Below, one piece after another: positions 52,020-61,769 of a stretch of DNA of 64,000 nt. The stretch comes from Alphaproteobacteria bacterium (lineage in GTDB: Bacteria; Pseudomonadota; Alphaproteobacteria; GCA-2746255): the NCBI GenBank assembly GCA_965249135.1, contig OZ252220.1:1824001-1888000 (forward strand), given 5' to 3'. Under the pieces are notes generated by a model that saw nothing but the letters and a program-made list of their open reading frames with translations, had not been told where the DNA came from and made no database searches. The first letter of the stretch is position 1, and each line of letters begins with the position of its first letter. The position numbers and the translations under genes are program-made.

Positions 52020-53315
52020 ATGACGGCAATACGTAGACTGCCCGGTCGCGTTCTTTTGGTGGGCGGCGGTGGGCGCGAGCATGCCCTGGCCCGGGCAATG
52101 GTGAACTCTCCGCTTTGTGAGGCCCTTTATTGCGCGCCAGGCAATGCCGGTATCGCGCAAGTGGCACGTTGTGTGCCCATCAAGGCGGACGATGTGGAGG
52201 GCATCGTGCGTTTCGCGAAAGAGGAGGAAATTGTCTTCGTCGTCGTCGGGCCGGAGGCGCCGCTTGTCCTTGGACTCGTCGATGTGCTGGAAGCGGCGAG
52301 CATCCCCGCCTTCGGTCCCGATCGCAAGGCCGCCCGGCTCGAGGGATCGAAAGGCTTCATGAAGGATATCTGCGAGAAATATGCGATCCCCACGGCGGCC
52401 TATGCGCGTTTTCAGGATGTCGTGGCGGCGAAGGCCTACCTTCACGCCCATGGCGCGCCGATCGTCATCAAGGCGGATGGGCTGGCCGCCGGGAAGGGAG
52501 TGACGGTTGCCCGGACGCTTAAGGAGGCGGAAGCCGCCGTCGAGAAAGCGCTCGTCAAAGGATGTTTTGGTGAGGCCGGCCGCGAAATCGTCATCGAAGA
52601 GCTTCTCGAGGGTGAGGAAGCGAGCTTCTTCGCGCTGGTCGATGGGGAACATGTATTGCCGTTGATTGCCGCTCAGGATCACAAGGCGGTCGGCGACGGC
52701 GATACGGGCCCCAATACCGGCGGCATGGGCGCCTACTCGCCGGTGCCAGTGGTGACGGCCGCTCTTGCCTCCGAGATCCTAGACCGAATTTTCCTGCCCG
52801 CCATTCACGGCATGGCGGCAGAAGGCTGCCCTTTCCGCGGCGTGCTCTTCGCCGGCCTGATGATCGGTGAAGCGGGAGTAAAACTTCTCGAATTCAACAT
52901 CCGTTTTGGCGATCCGGAATGCCAAGTCCTGATGGCGCGGCTCGATTCGGACCTCCTGGCCGCTCTTGTTGCCGCCCATGAGGGGCGGTTGAACGAGGTC
53001 ACCTTTCAATGGCGAAAGGAGGCGGCGCTTTGCGTCGTGATGGCCACGAACGGTTATCCGGGCGCCTATGAAAAGGGCACGCCCATTCGCGGGATCGCGG
53101 AGGCGGAAGCGCTTCCCGGCGTCGTCGTCTATCACGCCGGGACGAAAGCCGAAAATGACCAAATCCTCGCCTCCGGCGGGCGTGTGCTTGGCGTCACCGC
53201 GCTCGGTGAGACGATCGAGGCGGCCCAGCGCCGCGCCTATGAAGCGATCGATCGGATCGATTGGCCGGACGGATTCTGCCGTCGCGACATCGGCTGGCGG
53301 GCCGTCGGGCGGTAG
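52020..53315 (+). CDS. purD: Phosphoribosylamine-glycine ligase
   Basis: [57 protein letters not shown]. Start ATG 52020 after GAGGGAGG. Confidence 0.97.
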   Translation: MTAIRRLPGRVLLVGGGGREHALARAMVNSPLCEALYCAPGNAGIAQVARCVPIKADDVEGIVRFAKEEEIVFVVVGPEAPLVLGLVDVLEAASIPAFGPDRKAARLEGSKGFMKDICEKYAIPTAAYARFQDVVAAKAYLHAHGAPIVIKADGLAAGKGVTVARTLKEAEAAVEKALVKGCFGEAGREIVIEELLEGEEASFFALVDGEHVLPLIAAQDHKAVGDGDTGPNTGGMGAYSPVPVVTAALASEILDRIFLPAIHGMAAEGCPFRGVLFAGLMIGEAGVKLLEFNIRFGDPECQVLMARLDSDLLAALVAAHEGRLNEVTFQWRKEAALCVVMATNGYPGAYEKGTPIRGIAEAEALPGVVVYHAGTKAENDQILASGGRVLGVTALGETIEAAQRRAYEAIDRIDWPDGFCRRDIGWRAVGR

Positions 53316-53325
53316 GGTGCGCCGG

Positions 53326-53739
53326 TCACGCCGCCTTCGCGGCGGCGTCCTTCATCGTCGAGGCAAGCAGCGTATAGGCCTTTGCCCAGGCCGCCTGGAC
53401 TTCCGGCGTGAAGGCATCGCCCAAGCCCTGTCCAAGGGTCCAAAGCAGCGCCTCACCGACCGTGTCGTAGTCTTGCGCCGTCGCGCCGTAACCCATATGC
53501 TGAGTGCCAAGGTCGCGCACGGCGGGTACGATATTATCGAGGTGGTCGAGCCCGTTCACCGCCGTCGCGAGCATCGCCATCAATTTGCGCCCCTGTTCCT
53601 TCATGTCTTGCTTGAAGAGCGACTTTAGCGCTGGGTTGAGTTCGAAGAGGCGCCCGTAAAACATGGCTGCCGCATCTTCGGCAATCGGGGTGACTTTGCG
53701 GAACGTGCTTTGCACGAGTTGGATTTCTTCCGGAGACAT
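53326..53739 (-). CDS. Single-domain 3/3 globin (flavohemoglobin-type globin domain), copy 1
   Basis: Tyr28 (B10), Phe42 (CD1), Gln49 (E7), His81 (F8), Tyr91 (G5), AW.KAY H-helix. SD AAGGAG/GAGG. Confidence 0.92.
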   Translation of the reverse strand: MSPEEIQLVQSTFRKVTPIAEDAAAMFYGRLFELNPALKSLFKQDMKEQGRKLMAMLATAVNGLDHLDNIVPAVRDLGTQHMGYGATAQDYDTVGEALLWTLGQGLGDAFTPEVQAAWAKAYTLLASTMKDAAAKAA

Positions 53740-53888
53740 TTCCTCATACTCCTTATGCGTTGTTATTCCGGAAATTTATGGGAACGCACGTTAAAAAAGT
53801 GTAAGGAAAAAGGTATCGTTCGGTTAAGAAGGGATGAAAAAACAGACGATGGCGTGAATCCCATAAGCCTTTTGGCTAGATGCTTTTC

Positions 53889-54305
53889 TTAACGCACGAC
53901 GTCCTTTGCGGCTTCCTTCATGAGGCTCGAGATTTCCGTGTAGGCCTGTTGCCAGGCATCTCGTACCTTCGGCGTAAAGTCGGACCCGAGTTCCAATTCC
54001 AGCATTTCTATCAAGGCCTTACCAAAGGTATCGTAGTCCGAAGGCTTGACGTGGAAACGGACGTGCTGGAAAGCCAGGTTTTCGATGGCGGGCATGATTG
54101 CATAAAGCGCATCGATCGTCTTCGTGATCATTTTAAGCATCGCCATCAGTTTGCGCCCCTGCCTTTTGAGGTCGCCGATAAAAAGTTTGCGCAACGCCGG
54201 ATCAAGCGCAAAGAGCCGTTCGTAAAAGACGGCCGCGACGTGGTCCGTATCCGCCTCAAGTTGCTTGAAGGTTACTTGAACGAGCTTGGTTGCCTCGGGT
54301 GTCAT
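53889..54305 (-). CDS. Single-domain 3/3 globin, copy 2
   Basis: Same B10 Tyr, CD1 Phe, E7 Gln and F8 His. Aligns to copy 1 without gaps. Confidence 0.88.
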   Translation of the reverse strand: MTPEATKLVQVTFKQLEADTDHVAAVFYERLFALDPALRKLFIGDLKRQGRKLMAMLKMITKTIDALYAIMPAIENLAFQHVRFHVKPSDYDTFGKALIEMLELELGSDFTPKVRDAWQQAYTEISSLMKEAAKDVVR

Positions 54306-54342
54306 CGGCAGATTGGTTGTTGCCTTTTATTTTCGATGCGTA

Positions 54343-54813
54343 TCATGCTTTTTCCTCGCGGCGATCGGAAAAAAAAGTGGTGAGCAAGGTCTTGCACCGT
54401 TCCCCATCGATCCCGCCATAGACTTCCGGATGGTGATGGCAGGTCGGTTGTTCGAAAATACGGGGCCCGTGGTCGACGCCGCCGCCTTTCGGATCATATG
54501 CGCCAAAGTAAAGCCGACGGATGCGCGCAAAGGCAATCGCGCTTGCACACATCGCGCAGGGTTCGAGGGTCACGTAAAGATCGCAGAAGGAAAGCCGGGC
54601 GTTTCCCTCACGGCGGGCGCCCTCGCGAAGGCACAAGAGCTCCGCATGGGCGGTCGGGTCGATAAGTTCCTCCGTCCGATTGCCAAAGGCCGCCAGCAGC
54701 GTGTTCGTACGGCTGTCGACCAGAACGGCACCGACTGGGACTTCACCCCGTTTTCCAGCGGCCGCCGCCTGCTTCCGCGCCTCGTCGAAGAAAGGCGATA
54801 TTTTTTCCGTCAT
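54343..54813 (-). CDS. tadA: tRNA adenosine(34) deaminase TadA-like
   Basis: GEVPVGAV, DPTAHAE, LYVTLEPCAMC, FGAYDPKGG. Start placed at ATG 54813. Confidence 0.88.
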   Translation of the reverse strand: MTEKISPFFDEARKQAAAAGKRGEVPVGAVLVDSRTNTLLAAFGNRTEELIDPTAHAELLCLREGARREGNARLSFCDLYVTLEPCAMCASAIAFARIRRLYFGAYDPKGGGVDHGPRIFEQPTCHHHPEVYGGIDGERCKTLLTTFFSDRREEKA

Positions 54814-54819
54814 GGGGCG

Positions 54820-54896
54820 ACAGTGGAGAGCGGTCAAGCGGTCGTCAAGTGGTGGACGGGGATGAGTTGCCGCAGGCCCCGCTCACGTCCTACAGT
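54820..54896. promoter_or_regulatory. Divergent sigma70-like promoters for tadA and the C26 hydrolase
   Basis: Minus: TTGACG-N17-CACTGT-N6-ATG(tadA). Plus: TTGCCG-N18-TACAGT-N8-ATG(54905). Confidence 0.4.
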
Positions 54897-54904
54897 CCTC
54901 TCCC

Positions 54905-55621
54905 ATGAGCTTGCCCATCATCGGCATGATCCTCGATTCGGAAGCTTCGGGGGGGTATTCGAAGCTGCCCTGGTACGCGTTGCGTGAAAACTACGTTCGT
55001 GCGCTTGCGGATCAGGGCGCGGTTCCGTTCCTCCTTCCGCACGAGCTGGCGTTGGCGGACGCCTATCTCGAGCGAATCGACGGGCTGCTTATTCCGGGAG
55101 GCGATTTCGACATTGATCCGGAGCATTTCGGCGTCAGCACTCGCCACGAGACGGTGGTGACGAAGGATCAGCGAACGGCCTTCGAACTCCTCATGACCCG
55201 GGAAGCCCATCGGCGGGACCTGCCGCTGCTTGGTATTTGCGGCGGCCAACAGCTTTTGAATGTCGCCCTTGGTGGCACGCTCATCCAGCACATTCCCGAC
55301 GAAGTGGAAAACGCGCTTGCCCATGAGCAACCGAATCCAAGGAACGAACCCGGTCACGAGGTGGCGGTCGAGGAAGGCACGCTTCTTCATCGCATCACCG
55401 GCGCGCGTCGCCTTTCCGTCAACAGCGCCCATCACCAGGCGGTGCGCGAGGTGCCAGATGGCGTGATCGTAAATGCCAGGGCACCGGACGGGATCATCGA
55501 GGGAATCGAGGATTCGGATCGCCGCTTCTGCCTCGGGGTTCAGTGGCACCCGGAATATCTGGTCAGCGAAGGAGATTCGAAAATCTTTACCGCCTTCGTT
55601 GCCGCCGCCGCGGAACGGTGA
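54905..55621 (+). CDS. Gamma-glutamyl-gamma-aminobutyrate hydrolase family (peptidase C26) glutamine amidotransferase-like
   Basis: DGLLIPGG, LGICGGQQ (Cys nucleophile), VNSAHHQAV, GVQWHPE. Confidence 0.9.
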   Translation: MSLPIIGMILDSEASGGYSKLPWYALRENYVRALADQGAVPFLLPHELALADAYLERIDGLLIPGGDFDIDPEHFGVSTRHETVVTKDQRTAFELLMTREAHRRDLPLLGICGGQQLLNVALGGTLIQHIPDEVENALAHEQPNPRNEPGHEVAVEEGTLLHRITGARRLSVNSAHHQAVREVPDGVIVNARAPDGIIEGIEDSDRRFCLGVQWHPEYLVSEGDSKIFTAFVAAAAER

Positions 55622-56370
55622 CGAAGGAAAAAACACCAAGGGTTACTTCCGGCGAACGGCTTGCGAAACGGATCGCCCGGGCCGGCCTTTGTTCACGACG
55701 CGAGGCGGAACGCTGGATCGAAGGGGGACGCGTTCGCATCGATGGCAAGGCCGTCGGGTCACCGGCCGTCAATGTCACGAACCGCCAACGCATCACGGTG
55801 GACGGTAAGGCGCTGCCAGAGGCGGCGCCTGCAAGGCTTTGGCGCTACCACAAGCCGAAGGGGTTGGTGACGACGCACCGGGATCCCCAGGGGCGTCCAA
55901 CTGTCTTTGGGCATCTGCCGTCCGCGCTGCCCCGGGTCGTCTCGGTGGGAAGGCTCGATCTCAACTCCGAGGGCCTTTTGTTGCTGACCAACGATGGCGA
56001 GCTTGCCCGCCGTCTCGAGCGGCCCTCGAATGGCTGGCTGCGGCATTACCGGGTCAGGGCCTTCGGCAAGGCCGCCCCGGCGCTCCTCGATCGATTGGCC
56101 AAGGGGATAACGGTGAACGGCACGCGCTATGGACCGATCCAGGCAATGGTTGAGAGGAAACAAGGGGCGAATGTCTGGCTTTCCGTCTCGCTCGCCGAGG
56201 GAAAAAACCGTGAGGTACGAAAGGCCCTCGAGCATCTCGGGCTGAAGGTGAACCGCCTGATCCGCGTGGCCTATGGACCCTTCCAGCTTGGTCGTCTACC
56301 CAGGGGGGACGTGCGGGAGGTTTCAAGAAGGATCATTGCCGAGGTGTTGGGCAAAGGGAAGAAGGCTTAA
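55618..56370 (+). CDS. rluB: rRNA pseudouridine synthase with S4 domain (RluB/RsuA family)
   Basis: ERLAKRIARAGLCSRREAE (S4), KPKG, VGRLDLNSEGLLLLTNDG, EGKNREVR. GTGA coupling to the upstream gene. Confidence 0.85.
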   Translation: MTKEKTPRVTSGERLAKRIARAGLCSRREAERWIEGGRVRIDGKAVGSPAVNVTNRQRITVDGKALPEAAPARLWRYHKPKGLVTTHRDPQGRPTVFGHLPSALPRVVSVGRLDLNSEGLLLLTNDGELARRLERPSNGWLRHYRVRAFGKAAPALLDRLAKGITVNGTRYGPIQAMVERKQGANVWLSVSLAEGKNREVRKALEHLGLKVNRLIRVAYGPFQLGRLPRGDVREVSRRIIAEVLGKGKKA

Positions 56371-56377
56371 ATCCGGC

Positions 56378-56953
56378 ATGCTTCGAATCGTTGCGGGCAA
56401 GCATCGTGGACGGCGATTGAAACCACCACGGGATCGTCGCACCCGGCCGACGGCGGAACGGGTCCGGGAAGCGGTCTTCGACGTGCTTGCCCACGGCGTA
56501 CCCGAAACACGCTCCGCCCCGCTTCCAAAAGGTGCGCGCGTTCTCGATCTCTTCGCCGGGAGCGGGGCGCTGGGCTTCGAATCCCTTTCCAGGGGGGCGG
56601 CGTTTGTCACCTTTCTGGAGACGGATCCGGCCGCCCTCTCGCTGCTTCGGGAAAACGCCGAAGCCTTGGACGAGGAAGCAAGGGTTAAGCTCGTGCCAAG
56701 GGACGCGGCCCGGCTTGGCCCGGCCGGAGAGGCGGTTGGGCTCGTCTTCCTCGATCCTCCCTATGGCCGGGACCTCAGCGGGCCGACCCTGGCCGCCCTT
56801 CGCGAGGGGGGCTGGCTCGAGGCGAAGGCGGTCATCGTCGTCGAAGTGGGGGTGAAGGAAACACTTTTTCCGCCGGAAGGTTTCCGCGCCTTCGATGAGC
56901 GCCGCTATGGAGCGGCGAAGGTGGTTTTTCTGATTTACGAGGAAACGGTTTAA
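56378..56953 (+). CDS. rsmD: 16S rRNA m2G966 methyltransferase
   Basis: RIVAGKHRGRRL, TRPT..RVRE, LDLFAGSGALGFESLSRGA, FLDPPY. Confidence 0.95.
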   Translation: MLRIVAGKHRGRRLKPPRDRRTRPTAERVREAVFDVLAHGVPETRSAPLPKGARVLDLFAGSGALGFESLSRGAAFVTFLETDPAALSLLRENAEALDEEARVKLVPRDAARLGPAGEAVGLVFLDPPYGRDLSGPTLAALREGGWLEAKAVIVVEVGVKETLFPPEGFRAFDERRYGAAKVVFLIYEETV

Positions 56954-56959
56954 GCGACG

Positions 56960-57256
56960 TCAGGCGCCGTACTGGTCCGTGTCATCGAATTCTTTTTCCG
57001 GCACGTCGGCCTCCTCGTGGCTTGGGCCCGCGGAGGGTTCTCCTTCCTTCCGGAGATAGGCCTTCAGATAGGGAAGCCACCAGGGCAGGGTGGCGATGCC
57101 GATCAGAAGCAGCGTCGTCGTGCGAATATCGAGGACCAGGAGATCGATGACGAGCAGGGCGATCGCGGCAAGGGCTACGAGCTCAAGCGGCGTGCGCGCC
57201 TTCAGAAAGTCCTGGATGGCTTCCTGATACCGGTTGCCGGGTTGTTCCGTTTCCAT
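56960..57256 (-). CDS. Small hypothetical membrane protein (2 TM, acidic tail)
   Basis: ATG 57256 is 10 nt after the mutL stop. Two hydrophobic segments. Fills the gap up to the rsmD stop. Confidence 0.6.
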   Translation of the reverse strand: METEQPGNRYQEAIQDFLKARTPLELVALAAIALLVIDLLVLDIRTTTLLLIGIATLPWWLPYLKAYLRKEGEPSAGPSHEEADVPEKEFDDTDQYGA

Positions 57257-57266
57257 GTTTCGATTC

Positions 57267-59048
57267 TTAACGCCCTCCGAACAGGCGCTCAATATCTTGA
57301 AGTTTAAGCTCTACGTAAGTGGGGCGGCCATGGCCACACTGGCCGGCATGGGGCGCTTTTTCCATCTGACGGAGCAGCGCGTTCATCTCGTCCGCCGTAA
57401 GCCGGTGCCCCGCCCGCACGCTTCCATGGCAGGCCATCGTGGCTGCGACATGGTTTAGGCGATCTCGAAGGTTCGCGCCGTCATCGAATTCTTCGAAATC
57501 GTCCGCAAGGTCCTGGATCAGGCCTTGTGGGTTCACCTCACCAAGGACCGCGGGCACCTCGCGGACGGCCACCGCGCCTGGTCCGAAGGATTCGACGATC
57601 AGCCCAAGCTCGGCCAATTCCTCCGCCCGCTCAAGGATGCGCGCGGCTTTTCCTTCCGTCATTTCCACGACCTCGGGGATGAGGAGTATCTGGCGTCCGA
57701 CGTTCTTGGCGTGCAGGCCCTCCAACATTCGCTCGAGCACGATCCGCTCGTGGGCGGCGTGCTGGTCGACGACGACGATGCCGTCTTCGGTCCGGGCGAC
57801 GATGTAGGTCTCGTGCAACTGGGCACGGGCCGCGCCCAGGGGATGGGCCATCGCCGCATCCGCCGCGGCCGATTCGCTTCCCGCTTCCGGCGGCGCGTGC
57901 GGGACGTCCGTACCGGGCAGGCGGGGACGGTAGGCAGGCGCGCGCTCGTGAAGGGCGAAGGCCAGGGCCTTGCCCTCCGCCATGGCGGCCGCAGGTTCGG
58001 GCAGAAAGGCGCCAAGGGCGGCCTGACCAACGGTGGAAGCGGCCCGATGCCCCGCCTCATGCAGCGTGTGGCGAAGGGCGCCAACGAGAAGCCCGCGGAC
58101 GAGGCCTGCATCCCGGAAGCGCACTTCCGTTTTCGTTGGATGGACGTTCACATCGACGCGCTCTGGCGAGATTTCAAGAAAAAGGGCCAGCACCGGGTGG
58201 CGGTCGCGGGCAAGCAGGTCTTGGTAGGCTGCCCGCACGGCGCCGTGGAAGAGCGGGTCGCGCACCGGCCTTCCGTTGACGTAGAAATACTGCATCCTGG
58301 CATTGGCCCGGTTGAGCGTTGGCAGCCCGATATGGCCGGTGAGCGTGATCCCTTCCCGCGTGGCATGGATCGGCAACGCGTTCTCGGCGAAGTCACGGCC
58401 CAGAATCTGCGCCAGCCGGCCGACCCTTGCGTCGAACACTTCGCCAGGGGTGGCGTGAAACTGGAGCACGCTGCGTTTTTCATCGGAAAACTGAAAGGCG
58501 ATCTCGGGATGGGCTATCGTCAGTCTTCGAATGATGTCGACGGCATGATGAAGTTCTGTCTGCGGCGTTTTCAGGAATTTGAGCCGGGCAGGCGTTGCGT
58601 AGAAAAGATCACGCAGTTCGACGCGCGTTCCGAGCGGATGGGCGGCGGGCATCACCTCGCTTTTCTTCCCGCCCTCGACGCAAATACGCGATGCACTGGG
58701 CGCTTCCTGTGTTCGGCTGGTGATGGCCAATCTTCCGGCGGCACCGATGGAAGGCAGGGCCTCGCCTCGGAAACCTAGGGTCTCGATGTTCTGAAGATTG
58801 TCATCGGCAAGCTTCGAGGTTGCGTGCCGTTCGATGGAAAGGGCGAGTTCTTCTTCCGTCATGCCGGACCCGTCGGCCGTTACGGCAATGAGGTTGCGCC
58901 CGCCATTCGTAAGCACGACCTCGATCCGCCTAGTGCCGGCATCGATCGCGTTTTCGACCAGTTCCTTCACGACGGATGCCGGCCGTTCGATCACCTCGCC
59001 GGCGGCGATCCGGTTGACGATGGTTTCCGGAAGCAAGCGGATCGTCAT
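57267..59048 (-). CDS. mutL: DNA mismatch repair endonuclease MutL (carries D58A)
   Basis: NRIAAGEVIERPASVVKELVENAIDAG, RHATSK, LGFRGEAL.SI, DVNVHPTK.EVRF, DQHAAHER, ACH, CGHGRP. Confidence 0.97.
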   Translation of the reverse strand: MTIRLLPETIVNRIAAGEVIERPASVVKELVENAIDAGTRRIEVVLTNGGRNLIAVTADGSGMTEEELALSIERHATSKLADDNLQNIETLGFRGEALPSIGAAGRLAITSRTQEAPSASRICVEGGKKSEVMPAAHPLGTRVELRDLFYATPARLKFLKTPQTELHHAVDIIRRLTIAHPEIAFQFSDEKRSVLQFHATPGEVFDARVGRLAQILGRDFAENALPIHATREGITLTGHIGLPTLNRANARMQYFYVNGRPVRDPLFHGAVRAAYQDLLARDRHPVLALFLEISPERVDVNVHPTKTEVRFRDAGLVRGLLVGALRHTLHEAGHRAASTVGQAALGAFLPEPAAAMAEGKALAFALHERAPAYRPRLPGTDVPHAPPEAGSESAAADAAMAHPLGAARAQLHETYIVARTEDGIVVVDQHAAHERIVLERMLEGLHAKNVGRQILLIPEVVEMTEGKAARILERAEELAELGLIVESFGPGAVAVREVPAVLGEVNPQGLIQDLADDFEEFDDGANLRDRLNHVAATMACHGSVRAGHRLTADEMNALLRQMEKAPHAGQCGHGRPTYVELKLQDIERLFGGR

Positions 59049-60334
59049 GGGGTCATCCTCGACAGGTATTCGCGTGCAAGCCGTTTTCCTTCCTCGACGG
59101 CCGGCTGGGTAAAGGCGTCGACGCCAAGTAGATCGGCGGCGAGGATCGTTTCCAACATAAAATGCATGAAAAGAGCGCCGAGAACCTCTTCATCGGCCGA
59201 GGCCACGCGGAAGGTGCGCACCGGACAACCGTGCCGGCCTAAGGTTTCGGCAGTGGCCTGGCCTTCCGCCTCCAGAAGGTCTCCCATCTTGCGATCGGCC
59301 AGCCAGTCAAGGGCCGGGTCGTCGGCAAGGTCCTTCGGCACCCTTGGCCCCTTGCCCTGGCTTTCCCCGAATAGGAGCGTGAAGAACTTGTCCTTTGGCC
59401 CATCGAGGTAAAGCTGAAGCTGGCTGTGTTGATCGACGGTGCCAAGGGCCTGGATCGGGGTCGTGCCATGCCCACCCTTGCCCAGGCTTTCCGCCCATAG
59501 TTGCCGGTACCAACGGCTCAAGCCGGCCAACCGGTCGAGATAGGGCATGAAGACGGCCTTGCGGATATCTTTCGTTTCGCTAAGGGCGACATGCAGCGCA
59601 GCCCCGACGGCGGCTTCCGACTCGGAAGGGTGTTTGGCAAGGAGCGTGCTTTCGAGAACGGCGGCCGCCCCTTGCCGAACGGCATGCGCGTCGAGACCGG
59701 CGATCATGGCAGGCAGAAGTCCCACGAGCGAAAGCACGGAAAAGCGACCGCCAATCTCCGGGTCATGATCGAGACAAGGGATTGTCCAGCGTTCGCCCAA
59801 GCGGCGAAGCGCGTTGTCGCTGGGTTCGGTGATGATCGTGAACTGCTCTTGGATGGCTGCGTCGTCCAGATTCGTGCGAATCCAATCGAGAGCGGCCAGA
59901 AACTGGGTGAGAGTCTCTGCCGTGCCTCCGGACTTCGAAATGACCAGGAATCCGGTTTTCTTCGGGGGTGCGGTGGCGAAGAGATCCTCGAAGGTTTGCG
60001 GATCCACGTTGTCAAGAAAGCGCAAGGTTGGTGAGCCTGTCTTTCCCCGAAGGGCGGTCAGGGTCTGGGCGCCAAGGCTCGATCCACCGGTTCCAAGGAT
60101 GACGACTTGTTCGAACCGTTCCCGGTAACGCGTGGCGATCGGCGCGAGTTCGGCCAAATCGTCACGGGCTTGAGGCAAGGTGAGAAGCGGCAGGCTGCCT
60201 TCGGCGTGCTGCTTGCGAAGACCCGCAATCCCCCGGGCCGTCTTCGCGAGCGCCTTTTCGAACGCCGCCTTGCGAAGCCCGCCTTCGCCAATTGCAGCGT
60301 CGAAGCAGGTTTCGATGGTTTGCTGGTAGGACAT
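59045..60334 (-). CDS. pgi: Glucose-6-phosphate isomerase (short type)
   Basis: GTGGSSLG, VISKSGGT.ET, IGGRFSVLS, QLWAESLGK, DQHSQLQLY, QPAVEEGK. Confidence 0.92.
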   Translation of the reverse strand: MSYQQTIETCFDAAIGEGGLRKAAFEKALAKTARGIAGLRKQHAEGSLPLLTLPQARDDLAELAPIATRYRERFEQVVILGTGGSSLGAQTLTALRGKTGSPTLRFLDNVDPQTFEDLFATAPPKKTGFLVISKSGGTAETLTQFLAALDWIRTNLDDAAIQEQFTIITEPSDNALRRLGERWTIPCLDHDPEIGGRFSVLSLVGLLPAMIAGLDAHAVRQGAAAVLESTLLAKHPSESEAAVGAALHVALSETKDIRKAVFMPYLDRLAGLSRWYRQLWAESLGKGGHGTTPIQALGTVDQHSQLQLYLDGPKDKFFTLLFGESQGKGPRVPKDLADDPALDWLADRKMGDLLEAEGQATAETLGRHGCPVRTFRVASADEEVLGALFMHFMLETILAADLLGVDAFTQPAVEEGKRLAREYLSRMTP

Positions 60335-60413
60335 CCTTTGGAAATACCCGAGACAGGCGTTCGTTCAAGTCAGATTAACAGAAGCCCGCCAAGCGGAACA
60401 GGGGCCACCCCGA

Positions 60414-61769
60414 CTAGTCAACCGGTGGTGTCGCGGCAAGGCCTTCGGGTTGTCCAACGACAACGACGCCAAGCAACTCAGGTTTAAGCAGCCGTTTTGC
60501 CACGCGTGCAATGTCCGCCACCGTGGTGGCTTCGATGTATTCGTTGCGGCGATCAATGTAATCGATACCAAGATCGTTCAGCTGGATGGCAACGAGGACG
60601 CCAGCGATTCGGTTCGTACTATCCAGCGTGAGAGGGAAGGCACCCGTAAGATAGGTTTTCGCGTCCCGAAGCTCCTCTTCGGTAACGCGTTCTTCCGACA
60701 GGCGTTTCCATTCGGCCCGAACGAGCTTCAGGGATTCCCCAACCCGGTCGTTCCGTGTCGCGACTTGGCCCACCAATAAGCCTGCTTGGTCAAGAGGATA
60801 GAGATAACTATAGACGGAATAGGCAAGGCCACGTTCTTCCCGGATCTTTTTCGACAATCGCGAATTGAGCCCGCCACCGCCAAGCAGGTAGTTCATTACA
60901 TAGGCTGCGTAATAATCCGGATCGTTCCGTTTTACGCCGGCCTGTCCAAAGACGACGATGCTTTGAGGGATTGGCTTTTCGATCACGACCACTTTGCCCT
61001 TCCCCTTTACCTCCGCCTTCTCAAGGGAGAAGGCCTTGGGCTGCCGTTTCGGAAGTGCGCCGAAGGCGTGGTCGAGGAGGGAGGCAAGCTCATCGGATGT
61101 AATATCCCCGGAAACTCCGATAACCAATTTCTCGCGCACAAGATTTTGATCGACAAAGCCTTGCAGGCCTTTTGTGGTAATCGCCTTCACGCTTTCTTCC
61201 GTGCCGCGCCGCGGTTGCCCATAGGTGTGATCCGGAAACACGGTGCTGAGCCAGGTACGTTGAGCGATGGCGTCCGGATCGTCAGCCCGATGGGCAAGGG
61301 TCGTCAGAACCTGATTGCGGATTCGCTCGACGGCCTCCGAATCAAAGCGTGGCTCCGAAAGCGCTAGGCGAAGCAAAGCGAAGGCTTTCTCATGGTTTTT
61401 TCGAAGCGTCTTCAGACTTCCGGTAAAAGCGTCCCGGCCGGCATCGAAACTTAACGAAATCACATCCTCTTCAAGCGCCTGCCGAAAGGCTTGCGAGTCG
61501 AGATCACCTGCTCCTTCGTCGAGAAGGCCGGAGGCGAGATAGGCGAGCCCTTCCTTTCCTTTCGGATCCATCGCACTGCCGCTTTCCCGAAAGGCGATCT
61601 CGACCGAGAGAACGGGAACGGAAGTGTTGCGTGCGAGCCAGGCTTCAATTCCACTGGCACTCACGACGCGCTCAATGGTAAGCGCCGAGGCCGCCGTCGG
61701 AAACAGCAAGATGCAAGTGAAGAAGAGCGTGCGACAGATTGCCGGCAACAAAAAACCTTTCGAGCTCAT
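60414..61769 (-). CDS. M16B peptidase, non-catalytic subunit
   Basis: HxxEH replaced by YLASG, R-Y pair REERGLAY present. ATGA coupling to the catalytic subunit. Confidence 0.88.
   Translation of the reverse strand: MSSKGFLLPAICRTLFFTCILLFPTAASALTIERVVSASGIEAWLARNTSVPVLSVEIAFRESGSAMDPKGKEGLAYLASGLLDEGAGDLDSQAFRQALEEDVISLSFDAGRDAFTGSLKTLRKNHEKAFALLRLALSEPRFDSEAVERIRNQVLTTLAHRADDPDAIAQRTWLSTVFPDHTYGQPRRGTEESVKAITTKGLQGFVDQNLVREKLVIGVSGDITSDELASLLDHAFGALPKRQPKAFSLEKAEVKGKGKVVVIEKPIPQSIVVFGQAGVKRNDPDYYAAYVMNYLLGGGGLNSRLSKKIREERGLAYSVYSYLYPLDQAGLLVGQVATRNDRVGESLKLVRAEWKRLSEERVTEEELRDAKTYLTGAFPLTLDSTNRIAGVLVAIQLNDLGIDYIDRRNEYIEATTVADIARVAKRLLKPELLGVVVVGQPEGLAATPPVD

Noticed and set aside
33226-58778. 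Other long overlapping ORFs (33226-34389, 39004-40212, 49763-50878, 50623-51969, 57525-58778)
   Set aside because: Antisense to argB, dapE, M23, xseA and mutL. Arg/Gly-rich translations with no family signature.
60414-61769. M16 gene lacking HxxEH as a pseudogene
   Set aside because: Intact ORF with the R-Y pair. This is the normal non-catalytic subunit of heterodimeric M16B peptidases.
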